A DNA stretch of 29,900 nt from Candidatus Liptonbacteria bacterium RIFOXYD1_FULL_36_11 (GTDB taxonomy: Bacteria; Patescibacteriota; Minisyncoccia; UBA6257; XYB1-36-10). The stretch is from NCBI GenBank assembly GCA_001821375.1, contig MHLG01000017.1, forward strand, positions 1-29,900. Direction: 5' to 3'. A program made the translations under genes and the position numbers. A model generated the notes under the pieces. That model did not search any database. It saw only the letters and a program-made list of their open reading frames with translations, and was not told where the DNA came from. This document shows positions 17,017 to 26,741 of the stretch, piece after piece (the stretch's first letter is position 1; every line of letters starts with the position of its first letter).

Positions 17017-17044
17017 AAAAAACCCGCCTAAACAGCGGGTTTTA
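17017..17044. terminator. Bidirectional terminator overlapping the last ftsH codons
   Basis: AAAACCCGC-ctaaaca-GCGGGTTTT; ftsH TAG lies in the loop. Confidence 0.75.
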
Positions 17045-20000
17045 TTTTGCTAAAAATTTTATCTTTAGCAATATTTGTGTTTATCTTTATCCCGAATTTT
17101 TTTACTATTTCATAAAACTCATCCTGCTCTAAAATCTCTTTTTCTAAAAGCGTTTCCGCTACTTTATCTAAAGCCTTTCTTTTTTCTTTCATAATTTTCA
17201 TTGCCTTATTTAAAGCGTCGTTTATTAACATTGCTACTTCGCTGTCTATATTTTTTGCCACTTCTTCCGAATAATGCTTTCCCGTCATAATCTCTCTTCC
17301 TAAAAATATTGACTCGTCTCCATCTCCAACCGCTACCGGCCCCATTTTTTCACCCATTCCATATCTTGTCACCAAACTTCTTGCTAAATCATAAGCAACC
17401 CTCAGATCATTTGATGCTCCGGTTGTCACATCTTTAAAAACTGTTTTTTCGGCTGCGTATCCTCCCATCATCATTACAAGATCGGCTAAAAACTGTGCCC
17501 GGCTTTTTAATCTTCTGTCTTCTAGTGGAAGTTTCAAGGTGTATCCTCCCGCCATGCCGCGTGAAACTATGGAAATTTTATGCACCGGATCCGCCTCCGG
17601 CAAAACCGCCGCTCCGAGCGCATGCCCCGCTTCATGATAAGCTATTATTTTTCTTTCCTTGTCTGTTATTGTTAAGCTTCTTCTTTCCGGCCCTAAAATT
17701 ACCTTTTCCACTGAATCAAAAATATTTTGCAAAGTTATCTCTTTCTGTCCGTTTATTGCCGCGAGTATTGCCGCCTCATTCATTAAATTTGCCAGATCTG
17801 CCCCGGAAAAACCCGGCGTTCGCACTGCCACTTTTCTTAAATCAATACTATTTGCGAGTTTTTTATCCTTGGCGTGTATTTTTAATATTTCCTCTCTTTC
17901 ATTTATATCTGGCAAATCTAAAATTATCCGTCGGTCAAATCTTCCCGGTCGGAGGAGCGCTGGATCTAAGACATCGGGTCTGTTTGTAGCCGCGAGTATT
18001 ATTACTCTTGTGTTTCCTTCAAACCCGTCCATCTCTACCAGTATCTGATTTAAAGTCTGCTCTCTTTCGTCGTGTCCGCCACCAAGTCCCGCTCCTCTTT
18101 GCCTTCCTACCGCGTCTATTTCATCAATAAACAAAATAGAAGGAGCTGCTTTCTTTGCTATATCAAACGCATCGCGCGTGCGGCTGGCTCCTACTCCAAC
18201 AAACATTTCTACAAACTCCGAAGCGGACATATAAAAAAACGGCACCCCGGCTTCTCCTGCTACTGCTCGGGCGATTAGCGTATTATGGCTGACTATTCCA
18301 TTCGCTGTAAAAGAATGATTTTCTGGCACAGTGAAGTCGTAAACTTTTTCTTTCCCCTCGCTAATAGCCATTACTGGAGAAAAAAACAAATTTGCAGCTA
18401 ACAGCGACTTTAAATACTCCCCGGCTTTTGAATAAACTCCGCTTTTTTCATATTCTCCTACTAAAAACTTTAAGGAATTTCTTGAAATGCGTCCTCTCGT
18501 CTTAATTTTATTCATTATCTTTGATAATTTTTCTGTGCTTTTTCTAGCAGATTGTATATCTTGAAAACACCTTCCCATTGTATTGTTTGCATAAGGCAGC
18601 ACATCTACATTAGTGTTTCCCGTATTATGAGTAGATAAATAATTTTCCATTTTTTCTTGTTTTCTTTTAAGTCGAAAACCAATTTGATTAACAAACGGAA
18701 CTAAAGAAGTTCCAGAAACAAAAATCTCATAAACCGGATTCTTATGTTTTTTATCATTCCCGCTTTTTATTCTTCTTCCTGGCACTATCCCCATATTTAA
18801 AAGTAATGCTATCACCTGATTTGAAAGCGTCTTACTGACCGTGGCATATCCAAAAGTATATCGCTCAAAATATCCATCCGTGTCAAATAATCCCTGTAAA
18901 AAAGCCACCACCACTTCTTTTGGCGCCATCATAATAGAAGGAGGGATTGTCTTATCATAAGACAAAAGATAAGACATTCCTGAATAATACAAATCTTTTT
19001 TTACTTTCCAAGATGAAACCACGCTTGTTATTCCATCGCTTCCCATCCTCAAAGACACTTCCGGATATTGTTCAGAAATATACGAAGCAAAACAATATCT
19101 CAACTCTTCGTCAGTGGTCGTAAAACCAACTCTGTTTGAATGGCTTAAATTTCCGTCTCCTGTTAAAAGTCCCATTATATACGCTTCCTCTACACTTACT
19201 TCTCTTAAATTCCCAAACTGCTTATTATTAAATTTCACTGCTACTAAATCTCCCTCCTTTAAATCAGAAAGTTTTTTCCACTTTAAACAGCCATCTTTTT
19301 CCATCACTGCTATCGGATGCTCTGGCGTTCCTTCAAGCTCCATACCCTGCTTGAGAAAAATTTTCACCGTTTGTTGTTCTCCTAAATCATACCAATGGGA
19401 AGCCTTGCTCTCTTTAGCTTGGGCAGTCTTAAGGTTTATTGACAACACTGAAGCTCCTTCTACCTCTCCCGTTTCCTGATTTACAAAAAAATACTTTGGC
19501 ACATCCTTAATCGGTATTACCCCTTTGTTTGTTGTTACCAATGTTTCTCCCGTTACGCATTTCCCTGTCCCCGGTGATCCTACTAATAAAACCCCTCTCG
19601 GAATTTTTGCTCCTAAATCTGTAAACTTTTTTGGATTTTTTAAAAAATCCACTACTTCCTTAAGTTCTTGTTTTGCTTCCTTTAATCCTGCCACATCCCC
19701 AAAAGTCGTCTTATTTTTTTGCTGGTTGAATGATTTTAAATTTGATTGCCCGAAAGAAAAAGCTTGGTTCATCCCACTCTTCGCGTTCCGAAACATCAGC
19801 CAAAAAATTACCGCTATGGCAATAATCGGCAACATCGTCGGAATTAAAATACTTGCCCAAAAACTAAACCCGCTTTCTTCTTTAATCTCAAAAATCACCT
19901 CCTTTAATTTTTCCTGTGGCACCCCGTAATTTTTTAATGTTTCACTTAGTCCTGCTTCCGTTTCCTTCTTTGACCAGTATTCCTTACCGTCTCGCATTAC

Positions 20001-20183
20001 TATTTTTAAATCATTTCCGCTTACAGAAACACTTTTTACTTCTTCGGTCGTTATCCTTTCCGCTAGTTGATCAAGAGTAATAATCTCTTTTTTTCCCAAC
20101 ATATCCGTCGTTCCTGAAAAAGTTAAAGCCAAAAGCAAAAAAACAGCGAACGCCCACGCCAAATTTTTCAAAAGTAATTTCAT
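17028..20183 (-). CDS. ftsH: ATP-dependent zinc metalloprotease FtsH containing an intein (about 625 aa after splicing)
   Basis: 2 TM segments, TFGDVAG, GSPGTGK|intein|[27 protein letters not shown] motif, HEAGH zinc site. Confidence 0.97.
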   Translation of the reverse strand: MKLLLKNLAWAFAVFLLLALTFSGTTDMLGKKEIITLDQLAERITTEEVKSVSVSGNDLKIVMRDGKEYWSKKETEAGLSETLKNYGVPQEKLKEVIFEIKEESGFSFWASILIPTMLPIIAIAVIFWLMFRNAKSGMNQAFSFGQSNLKSFNQQKNKTTFGDVAGLKEAKQELKEVVDFLKNPKKFTDLGAKIPRGVLLVGSPGTGKCVTGETLVTTNKGVIPIKDVPKYFFVNQETGEVEGASVLSINLKTAQAKESKASHWYDLGEQQTVKIFLKQGMELEGTPEHPIAVMEKDGCLKWKKLSDLKEGDLVAVKFNNKQFGNLREVSVEEAYIMGLLTGDGNLSHSNRVGFTTTDEELRYCFASYISEQYPEVSLRMGSDGITSVVSSWKVKKDLYYSGMSYLLSYDKTIPPSIMMAPKEVVVAFLQGLFDTDGYFERYTFGYATVSKTLSNQVIALLLNMGIVPGRRIKSGNDKKHKNPVYEIFVSGTSLVPFVNQIGFRLKRKQEKMENYLSTHNTGNTNVDVLPYANNTMGRCFQDIQSARKSTEKLSKIMNKIKTRGRISRNSLKFLVGEYEKSGVYSKAGEYLKSLLAANLFFSPVMAISEGKEKVYDFTVPENHSFTANGIVSHNTLIARAVAGEAGVPFFYMSASEFVEMFVGVGASRTRDAFDIAKKAAPSILFIDEIDAVGRQRGAGLGGGHDEREQTLNQILVEMDGFEGNTRVIILAATNRPDVLDPALLRPGRFDRRIILDLPDINEREEILKIHAKDKKLANSIDLRKVAVRTPGFSGADLANLMNEAAILAAINGQKEITLQNIFDSVEKVILGPERRSLTITDKERKIIAYHEAGHALGAAVLPEADPVHKISIVSRGMAGGYTLKLPLEDRRLKSRAQFLADLVMMMGGYAAEKTVFKDVTTGASNDLRVAYDLARSLVTRYGMGEKMGPVAVGDGDESIFLGREIMTGKHYSEEVAKNIDSEVAMLINDALNKAMKIMKEKRKALDKVAETLLEKEILEQDEFYEIVKKFGIKINTNIAKDKIFSKIKPAV
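18282..19559 (-). mobile_element. 426-aa intein with LAGLIDADG homing endonuclease
   Basis: Cys1 (CVTGETLV), block B TPEH, GLLTGDG and GLFDTDG, block F VYDFTV, terminal SHN, Thr+1. Confidence 0.96.
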
Positions 20184-20192
20184 TGCTAAATT

Positions 20193-20221
20193 ATTATCAT
20201 TTTTTTCCTCAAAAAAGTCAA
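20193..20221 (-). promoter_or_regulatory. ftsH promoter TTGACT-17-GATAAT, near-leaderless
   Basis: -10 box ends 9 nt before the ATG. Confidence 0.6.
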
Positions 20222-20223
20222 TT

Positions 20224-20507
20224 TACCACGTGAAATAAAAATCTTTAGATTTTTAATTTGCAAAGCAAATTATTTCGCTAAAATTACCCAGCCTGCCGTA
20301 GACACAGCCGGAATCCAGTCCCGCTATCCACTTTTAACTTTATTCACCCTGTGAAATAAGATTTATTTTTAGTTATCTAACAAAATAAATTTTAATTTCA
20401 TCGGATGAAATTTATTTCACTAGGGTAAACTTTATTCACCCTGTGTAGTATAGTAACTACTACACGGGGTAAACTTTTCTGTCATTCCGGCGCAGGCCGG
20501 AATCCAG
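20224..20507. repeat. Mosaic of Y-shaped family D elements, a family C fragment and family A repeats
   Basis: 20224-20289 is homologous to 29163-29227; 20340-20429 three-way fold; 20431-20472 hairpin; GTCATTCCGGCGCAGGCCGGAATCCAG at 20481-20507. Confidence 0.75.
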
Positions 20508-20673
20508 CTCTTCCCTTACTTTTAATTGTTTTCTATTTGTATGATTCGCATGCATTCGTATATTAGTATCACTTTTTACTTTTAACCGTTAGATAACTTG
20601 CTTTTTTCCTTATTTTCTGCTTTAATATAAAAAGCTTTTTTAAAATAAAAACCTTAGAAAGGTGGTGGTAAAA

Positions 20674-21321
20674 ATGAAAGAAGCCGAACCGATTTCAGAG
20701 CTTCTTTCTGAGCTTAAAAACTTTCCCAGACCCGCAGGTATTTTTATAGATGGTCCAAATACTTTTGGAGCGTTAAGAGAATTAAACTGGCACATAAATT
20801 GGCGAAACTTTGCCGGTCTTATGAAAAATCTTTTTGGCCAAGATGTCAGTCTTTATTTTTGCACTGCCAACGACAGCAAAAACGAAGGGCAACAAAATTT
20901 TTTATCCATCCTTGAGGAGGTTGGTTTTAAAATTTTTCTCCAGGAAGTTGTAAAAAAAACTTCTAATCCAAATTTAAATTTTCTGAACTGGCTTTATAAT
21001 CCATACGCAAAAAAGTTTCCAAACAAAAATGGAAAAGATCACCGCGCTGATTTTTGTATAAATAAAGGAGATATAGATGCTTTTCTCGGGTTTTTGATCG
21101 GCAAATTTATGCCGCAATTTAAAACTTTAGTCCTTTTTTCGGGGGACTACAACTTTTTTCCCGTTGTTAAAAGTTGTATCAATGAGGGTAAAGAGGTGGT
21201 GATAATGTCTTTTAAATGCTCTCTAAGTTTGAAGCTAGCAAATTTGGCTTCAAAAGTTGTTTTTTTAGAGGAGCCCAATATAAAACCCTACTTAGTTCTT
21301 CAAAACCAATTCCGTAATTAA
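20674..21321 (+). CDS. NYN (LabA/DUF88) domain protein
   Basis: IFIDGPN, KGDID, LVLFSGDYNF, GKEVVIM; ATG at 20674 follows SD-like AAAGGTGG. Confidence 0.85.
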   Translation: MKEAEPISELLSELKNFPRPAGIFIDGPNTFGALRELNWHINWRNFAGLMKNLFGQDVSLYFCTANDSKNEGQQNFLSILEEVGFKIFLQEVVKKTSNPNLNFLNWLYNPYAKKFPNKNGKDHRADFCINKGDIDAFLGFLIGKFMPQFKTLVLFSGDYNFFPVVKSCINEGKEVVIMSFKCSLSLKLANLASKVVFLEEPNIKPYLVLQNQFRN

Positions 21322-21331
21322 ATTGAAATTC

Positions 21332-21364
21332 GCCCCATTAAATTGATTTTTATTTAATCGGGGC
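21332..21364. repeat. 33-bp REP-like hairpin (family D), second copy
   Basis: Differs from 4001-4033 at 6 of 33 positions. Confidence 0.75.
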
Positions 21365-21398
21365 TTTTTTTCGCTATTATTTTTTTAAAAAATTATTT

Positions 21399-21426
21399 AA
21401 AAGCGCCCCTTTCGGAGCGCTTTTTT
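21399..21426. terminator. Bidirectional terminator (NYN/rpsA)
   Basis: AAAAGCGC...GCGCTTTTTT between convergent genes. Confidence 0.8.
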
Positions 21427-21456
21427 ACTTTTTTTCTTCTCTTATTTTAGTTATTT

Positions 21457-22611
21457 CTATATTATTTTTTCTTCCTTCTTTTTTTCCTCTTCTTTTTCCT
21501 TTTCCTTCTCTACCTTCTTTATTTTTAATATCAATCTCTTTTCCTCCGGCTTTAGGACGTCTATTACAAACTCATAGCTTCTTCCTAACTCCAAAACATT
21601 TTTCATTTCTTCCACTCCACCAAACTCTGAAACATGAATTAATCCTTGCACAAGAGCTCCTTCTACATTTACAAAAGCTCCAAAAGGATTGTATTTAAAA
21701 GGAATTCCTTTTACTCTTTGCCCCTCTTTAAACTTTTCCTCTAACCCTTTCCACGGATCTGGCTTCAGCGCCTTTAAAGATAAAGACACCCTTCCTTCCT
21801 TTATGTCAGTTATCATCGCTTTTACCGACTCGTCCACTTTTACTATTTCTTTCGGATTTTCTACCAGTTTATGGTCTAACTCCGAAATATGTATCAACCC
21901 TTCAACTTCCGGATCGTTAACAAACCTTATAAAAGCTCCAAAGTCTGCCACCCCGGATATAATTCCGTCTACCACATCTCCCACCTTATATTTTTTTAAA
22001 AGCTCCTGCACATTTTCATCCGTTATTTCTCTTTCTGATATTATTAATTTATTTGCTTTCGGGTTTACGGTAATTATTTTTACTTGCAACTCTCCATCCA
22101 CAAACTTTTTTAATTCTTCTAATATCTTTTCTTTAAAATCTCCCACTCTTGGATAATGCTCGTTAGAAAGCTGTGATACTGGTAAAAAAGCTTTTATTTC
22201 TTTTATATCTGTCGTCAAACCGCCGGCATTTACTCCGGTTATTTTTACAGTAAAAGCCTCGCCGCTATCCTTCATTTCTTTAAGCTCTTGCCAAACTTTT
22301 TGCTTATCCGCCTCAGTTAATGAAAGCTCTATATAGCCGTTTTCGTTATCTAACATCGCCACCTTAGCAGTCATTTTTCTTCCTTGCTCTAATTCTCTTA
22401 TTATTTCTCTGGCATTTAAAAACTCTCTTCCAAACACTACGCCTGTTCCATATCTTCCTAAATTAAAGAATGCCTTACCTTTTTCCTTTCCTATAAACTC
22501 TGCCTCCACTAAATCTCCTTCCTTCAAAAAAACAAAAAGTTCCGGCTCCGCTTTCATAATGCCGGCAAACACCGAAATTTTCTTTGGTAATTTTTCTATT
22601 GTTATTGCCAT
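21457..22611 (-). CDS. rpsA: 30S ribosomal protein S1 (short, about 4 S1 domains)
   Basis: Repeated S1 domains: AFLPVSQLS, DFGAFI...EGLIHISEL, FGAFV...GLIHVSE. Confidence 0.88.
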   Translation of the reverse strand: MAITIEKLPKKISVFAGIMKAEPELFVFLKEGDLVEAEFIGKEKGKAFFNLGRYGTGVVFGREFLNAREIIRELEQGRKMTAKVAMLDNENGYIELSLTEADKQKVWQELKEMKDSGEAFTVKITGVNAGGLTTDIKEIKAFLPVSQLSNEHYPRVGDFKEKILEELKKFVDGELQVKIITVNPKANKLIISEREITDENVQELLKKYKVGDVVDGIISGVADFGAFIRFVNDPEVEGLIHISELDHKLVENPKEIVKVDESVKAMITDIKEGRVSLSLKALKPDPWKGLEEKFKEGQRVKGIPFKYNPFGAFVNVEGALVQGLIHVSEFGGVEEMKNVLELGRSYEFVIDVLKPEEKRLILKIKKVEKEKEKEEEKKKEEKII

Positions 22612-22613
22612 AT

Positions 22614-22652
22614 ATAATTCCTATTATATCCTGAGTTTTAACGAAGCACTAC
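22614..22652. repeat. Family B repeat (ATAATTCCTATTATATCCTGAG..CGAAG.ACTAC) in the rpsA leader
   Basis: Copies at 28031-28070, 29105-29144, 29283-29320 and 29361-29400. Confidence 0.8.
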
Positions 22653-22675
22653 ACATATAATTCATACAGCTAAAA

Positions 22676-22703
22676 AGTATACCTAAAAATCCTCCAATGT
22701 CAA
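22676..22703 (-). promoter_or_regulatory. rpsA promoter TTGACA-16-TATACT
   Basis: Minus-strand hexamers at 22698-22703 and 22676-22681. Confidence 0.6.
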
Positions 22704-22744
22704 AAAAATTTTCTTTTTTACCTCTATTTCTTTTTGTTTTTTTA

Positions 22745-22773
22745 TTGAAAACTTATCCAAATTAAACTATAAT
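22745..22773 (+). promoter_or_regulatory. Promoter TTGAAA-17-TATAAT
   Basis: -10 box ends 10 nt before the ATG at 22784. Confidence 0.7.
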
Positions 22774-22783
22774 AAAAAACAAT

Positions 22784-23398
22784 ATGATTCTCACTTATCA
22801 CGGAGACAACTTTTTTAGGGTGCAAAACGGCTCTTTTTCCTTGGTTTCCGACCCAACCAGCGACCGTATGAAGCCCAATATTATCCTAAAAACCATTATC
22901 AATCCGGAAAAAATAAGCGCTTTTTCCGATGCCGGCGCGCAAATTATAGACTCGGCAGGGGAATATGATATTTCTGGCGTGGAGATAAAAGGAATTCAAA
23001 TCATTTCCGAGTCCACTGAAAAATTTGCCAAATTTATTTTTTTAGTAAAAAACTTTGAAAATTTTCGCCTTTGTTTTTTAGGTCATCTTTCCGAACCGCT
23101 TTCTCCAGAAATTATTGATAAAATAGGGGAGGTGGATATTCTTTTTCTTCCTGTCGGTGATGCGCCTTTTCTTTCTGTTGATTCTGCGGTAAAAATTATT
23201 AAACAGCTGGAACCTAAAATAATTATCCCAGCCGTTTTAGCGGATGGCGCCGACAAAAAATTAGCCAAAGAGCTTGGCCGTGAACTGTCTTTGGAAAATA
23301 AATTAGTCCTTAAATTTAAAGATTTACCGGAAAAGGGGAGTCGTCTCGTTATCTTAAAGAATGAGATAATTACAAAACCATTTCGTAGCGAAATTTAA
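22784..23398 (+). CDS. MBL-fold (Lactamase_B_3-like) protein lacking the HxHxDH metal motif
   Basis: MILTYHG...DP, AGEYDISGVEIKG, CFLGHL, VDILFLPVG, IKQLEPKIIIP. Confidence 0.75.
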   Translation: MILTYHGDNFFRVQNGSFSLVSDPTSDRMKPNIILKTIINPEKISAFSDAGAQIIDSAGEYDISGVEIKGIQIISESTEKFAKFIFLVKNFENFRLCFLGHLSEPLSPEIIDKIGEVDILFLPVGDAPFLSVDSAVKIIKQLEPKIIIPAVLADGADKKLAKELGRELSLENKLVLKFKDLPEKGSRLVILKNEIITKPFRSEI

Positions 23399-23523
23399 GA
23401 TTTTTAGGCGAAGCGAGGAAAACAAATAAAATGATTTGTAGCCGTAGTAGAACTACGGTAAGAAGCATTTTATGATGTTTGACGAAGCTGCGGCCAAAAA
23501 GCTAAAATTGCAACAGGAATAGT
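23377..23523. repeat. 147-bp imperfect palindrome (MITE-like) centred at 23450
   Basis: Nested symmetric arms CCGTAGT/ACTACGG, ATAAAATG/CATTTTAT, AAACA/TGTTT, TTTTT.GGC/GCCAAAAA. Confidence 0.65.
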
Positions 23524-23537
23524 TTTGTAATTATCTC

Positions 23538-23882
23538 ATGAAAAAGGCGATTAAAAAATTTATTAGGGAACTGCAGGAATCAAGCGAAGAAAGAAAAACC
23601 CGTTGGCTTTATGGAAGTTCCGCGGTAGTTTTTGTTTTTGTTATGGTTTTTTGGGTTTCTTTTATTAAAATGGAAGTATCCTCTTCTTCCAATCTTAAAA
23701 ACATCAATGCTTTTGCCACTATTAAACTTGGTATGGAATCCACATATAATTCATTTATTAAAGCTGTAAAAAGTGAAAACATTTTTGAATTTTCCAAAGA
23801 AAAATATAATTTTGTTTTAGATGGTTTACCGAAAATAAAGATTTCGTCTTTTCCTAAAGATAAAAAAACAAACAATAAATAA
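23538..23882 (+). CDS. Hypothetical single-pass membrane protein
   Basis: 114-aa ORF with one TM (SAVVFVFVMVFWVSF); co-oriented upstream of gyrA. Confidence 0.7.
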   Translation: MKKAIKKFIRELQESSEERKTRWLYGSSAVVFVFVMVFWVSFIKMEVSSSSNLKNINAFATIKLGMESTYNSFIKAVKSENIFEFSKEKYNFVLDGLPKIKISSFPKDKKTNNK

Positions 23883-23901
23883 TTACCGGTAATTTTTCAC
23901 T

Positions 23902-26382
23902 ATGGAAGAAAAAAATTCTGACCCTAAAAAAATTTCGGATAATAATCTGAAAGAAGAAGAAATAACTAAAGAACTCAAAGAGTCTTTTTTAAGTTACTCT
24001 ATGTCGGTTATTGTGGATCGCGCTCTGCCGGATGTCCGTGACGGATTAAAACCTGTTCATCGCCGCATTCTTTGGGCGATGTGGGATTCCGGCCTTTATC
24101 ATTCCGCTAAATTCAGAAAATCCGCCAACGTCGTTGGAGAAGTTCTTGGCCGTTATCACCCACATGGCGATATGGCTGTTTATGATGCTATGGCGCGCCT
24201 TGCCCAGGACTTTTCTATGCGCTATCCCTTGATTCAAGGTCAAGGAAACTGGGGTTCTATAGATGGCGACTCTCCTGCCGCTATGAGATACACTGAAAGC
24301 CGCTTATCAAAAATTTCCCACGAAATTCTTCAAGATATAGAAAAAGAAACCGTTGATTGGAAACAAAATTATGATGCCAGCCGTCTTGAGCCAAAAGTCC
24401 TTCCCGCCAAACTCCCCAATCTTCTTTTAAACGGCACTATGGGTATTGCTGTTGGTATGGCGACAAGTATTCCGCCGCATAATTTAAACGAAGTGGTTGA
24501 CGCGGCTATTTTCCTTATAGAAAATCCCACCGCCGGCATTGAAGATTTAATGCAATTTATTAAAGGCCCGGATTTTCCGACTGGCGGCATTATTTATGGA
24601 AGAAAAAATATTGCCGAAAGCTATGCCACCGGGCACGGCGCTATTTTAACCCGCGCTAAAACAGAAATAGTTTCCCGAAAGGGAAAAGATAATCAGTTTG
24701 ATATTATCGTTACTGAAATTCCTTATCAGGTTAATAAATCAGACCTTATTAAAAAAATCGCCGATCTGGTTATTGAAAAAAAAATTGAAGGCATAAAAGA
24801 TATCCGCGATGAATCTGATAGGGAAGGTCTGCGTATTGTTATTGAGTTAAAAACAGATATTCCGCCGCAAAAAATATTAAACCAGCTTTTTAAACACACC
24901 GACCTGCAAAAAAACTTTAACTTAAATATGCTTGCTTTAGCTGACGGTCTCCAACCGCAAGTGATGTCCGTTAAGGATATTTTAAGTTTTTATTTAAAAC
25001 ACCGAAAAGAAAGTATCACCCGTCGCTCCGCCTTTGAACTTAAAAAAGCCAAGGAGCGCGCCCATATATTAGAAGGTTTAGATAAAGCCCTTTCTATTAT
25101 AGATAAGGTTATCACTACTATTAAAAAATCAGCTAATCGTGAAGAAGCTGAAGTTAATCTTATTAAAAATTTTAAATTTTCTGTTATTCAAGCAAATGCC
25201 ATTTTGGATATGCGCCTGCAATCATTAGCTTCTTTAGAAAGAAAAAAGATAGAAGATGAACTGAAAGAAAAGAAAAAAATAATTGCCGACTTGGAAATTC
25301 TTTTAAAAAGTCCGGCTAAAATAATGAAAATCGTGAAAGACGAGCTTGTTGATTTAAAAGAACGTTTTGGTGACGAACGCCGCACTAAAGTTGTTTCTGG
25401 AGAAGTGGACGATTTTAAAGAAGAAGATCTTATTCCGGAAGAAGAAACAATTATCACTCTTTCTGTTAAGGGCTACATTAAACGTCTGCCGCCCGACTCC
25501 TTTAAAAGCCAACGCCGCGGCGGCAAAGGCCTTATCGGTTCCGATATTGGCGACGAAGATATGGTTAGTTTGTTTGCCAACGCCAACACCCACGACAACA
25601 CCCTCTTCTTTACCGATAAAGGAAAAGTTTTTCAAACTAAAGTTTACGAAATTCCTCAAGCTAGCCGTGTTTCTAAAGGTAAAGCCATTAATAATTTTTT
25701 AGACATTCCTGCTTCCGATAAAATTAGCGCTATCATTTCTTATTCTGCTGATAAAACTGATAAAAATTTATCTGACAAGTTTCTGGTTATGGCGACTCGT
25801 AGCGGCGTGATAAAAAAGACGTCTCTGGAAGATTTTAAAAATGTGAGAAAAAACGGCATCATCGCTATTAATCTCAAAAAAGACGACGAGTTAAGATGGG
25901 TTGAACTTTCTTATGGCAAAGATGAAATTATTTTAACAACTGAAGGCGGACAAGCTATTCGTTTTAAAGAAACTGATATTCGTTCTATGGGACGTTCTTC
26001 AACTGGAGTTATGGCTATCAGGCTTAAAAAATCCGACAAAGTCAGCTCTATGAATGTTATTAGAAAAGATGAAGACATAAAAGAAAAAAAGCTTTTAGTT
26101 CTTATGGATAGGGGATACGGCAAACAAACATCACTTAAAGAATATAAAGTGCAGAAAAGGGGAGGCTCTGGCATAAAAACTGCAAAAATTACCGCTAAAA
26201 CCGGCCGCCTTATTGATGCTAAAATAATCTCCAATGAAGAAGAACTTTTTGCTCTTTCAGTTAAAGGGCAGATTATCAAAACCAAAATTAGCGAAGTTAG
26301 AACTGCTAGTCGCGCCACTCAAGGCGTCCGCGTTATGAATGTGGCGGAAGGAGATAAAGTCGCCGGCATCGTCTGCCTTTAA
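23902..26382 (+). CDS. gyrA: DNA gyrase subunit A
   Basis: [29 protein letters not shown] catalytic Tyr, GyrA-box QRRGGKG, beta-pinwheel CTD. Confidence 0.98.
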   Translation: MEEKNSDPKKISDNNLKEEEITKELKESFLSYSMSVIVDRALPDVRDGLKPVHRRILWAMWDSGLYHSAKFRKSANVVGEVLGRYHPHGDMAVYDAMARLAQDFSMRYPLIQGQGNWGSIDGDSPAAMRYTESRLSKISHEILQDIEKETVDWKQNYDASRLEPKVLPAKLPNLLLNGTMGIAVGMATSIPPHNLNEVVDAAIFLIENPTAGIEDLMQFIKGPDFPTGGIIYGRKNIAESYATGHGAILTRAKTEIVSRKGKDNQFDIIVTEIPYQVNKSDLIKKIADLVIEKKIEGIKDIRDESDREGLRIVIELKTDIPPQKILNQLFKHTDLQKNFNLNMLALADGLQPQVMSVKDILSFYLKHRKESITRRSAFELKKAKERAHILEGLDKALSIIDKVITTIKKSANREEAEVNLIKNFKFSVIQANAILDMRLQSLASLERKKIEDELKEKKKIIADLEILLKSPAKIMKIVKDELVDLKERFGDERRTKVVSGEVDDFKEEDLIPEEETIITLSVKGYIKRLPPDSFKSQRRGGKGLIGSDIGDEDMVSLFANANTHDNTLFFTDKGKVFQTKVYEIPQASRVSKGKAINNFLDIPASDKISAIISYSADKTDKNLSDKFLVMATRSGVIKKTSLEDFKNVRKNGIIAINLKKDDELRWVELSYGKDEIILTTEGGQAIRFKETDIRSMGRSSTGVMAIRLKKSDKVSSMNVIRKDEDIKEKKLLVLMDRGYGKQTSLKEYKVQKRGGSGIKTAKITAKTGRLIDAKIISNEEELFALSVKGQIIKTKISEVRTASRATQGVRVMNVAEGDKVAGIVCL

Positions 26383-26507
26383 TTTTTTACTATCGCCTAA
26401 TTTTTTAACTAAGCTCTTTAAAAGTAAGCTCGGGAGAAGACTATTTTTATTTTCGCAAAATTGTATAATTAACTTGAAAGTATATAACTAGTAATTAACA
26501 ACTTTTC

Positions 26508-26689
26508 TTTCTTTATAAACTTTTGACTAGAGTTTTTTATTAAATATTAACTCCTTTTTCTGTCATTCTGAACTTGATTCAGAATCCAGTTCTTCTTCTA
26601 TTTTTTGATTTTTTTCATCCTTGTCTACCGGCAGGAAGACCGTTAAATAAAATCCTTTTTTCTTTATAAACTTTTGATTAGAGTTTTTT
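26508..26689. repeat. 31-bp direct repeat pair bracketing REP-like hairpins
   Basis: TTTCTTTATAAACTTTTGAYTAGAGTTTTTT at 26508 and 26659; GTCATTCTGAACTTGATTCAGAATCCAG at 26562-26589; family C variant at 26621-26635. Confidence 0.7.
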
Positions 26690-26741
26690 AATTAAAAATT
26701 AGTCATTAGAAATTAGTCACTAGTTATTCTATAATAATTTT

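Noticed and set aside
17028-20183. ftsH as a fusion, misassembly or pseudogene
   Set aside because: The insert has complete intein termini, and its removal restores the GKT motif and a normal length
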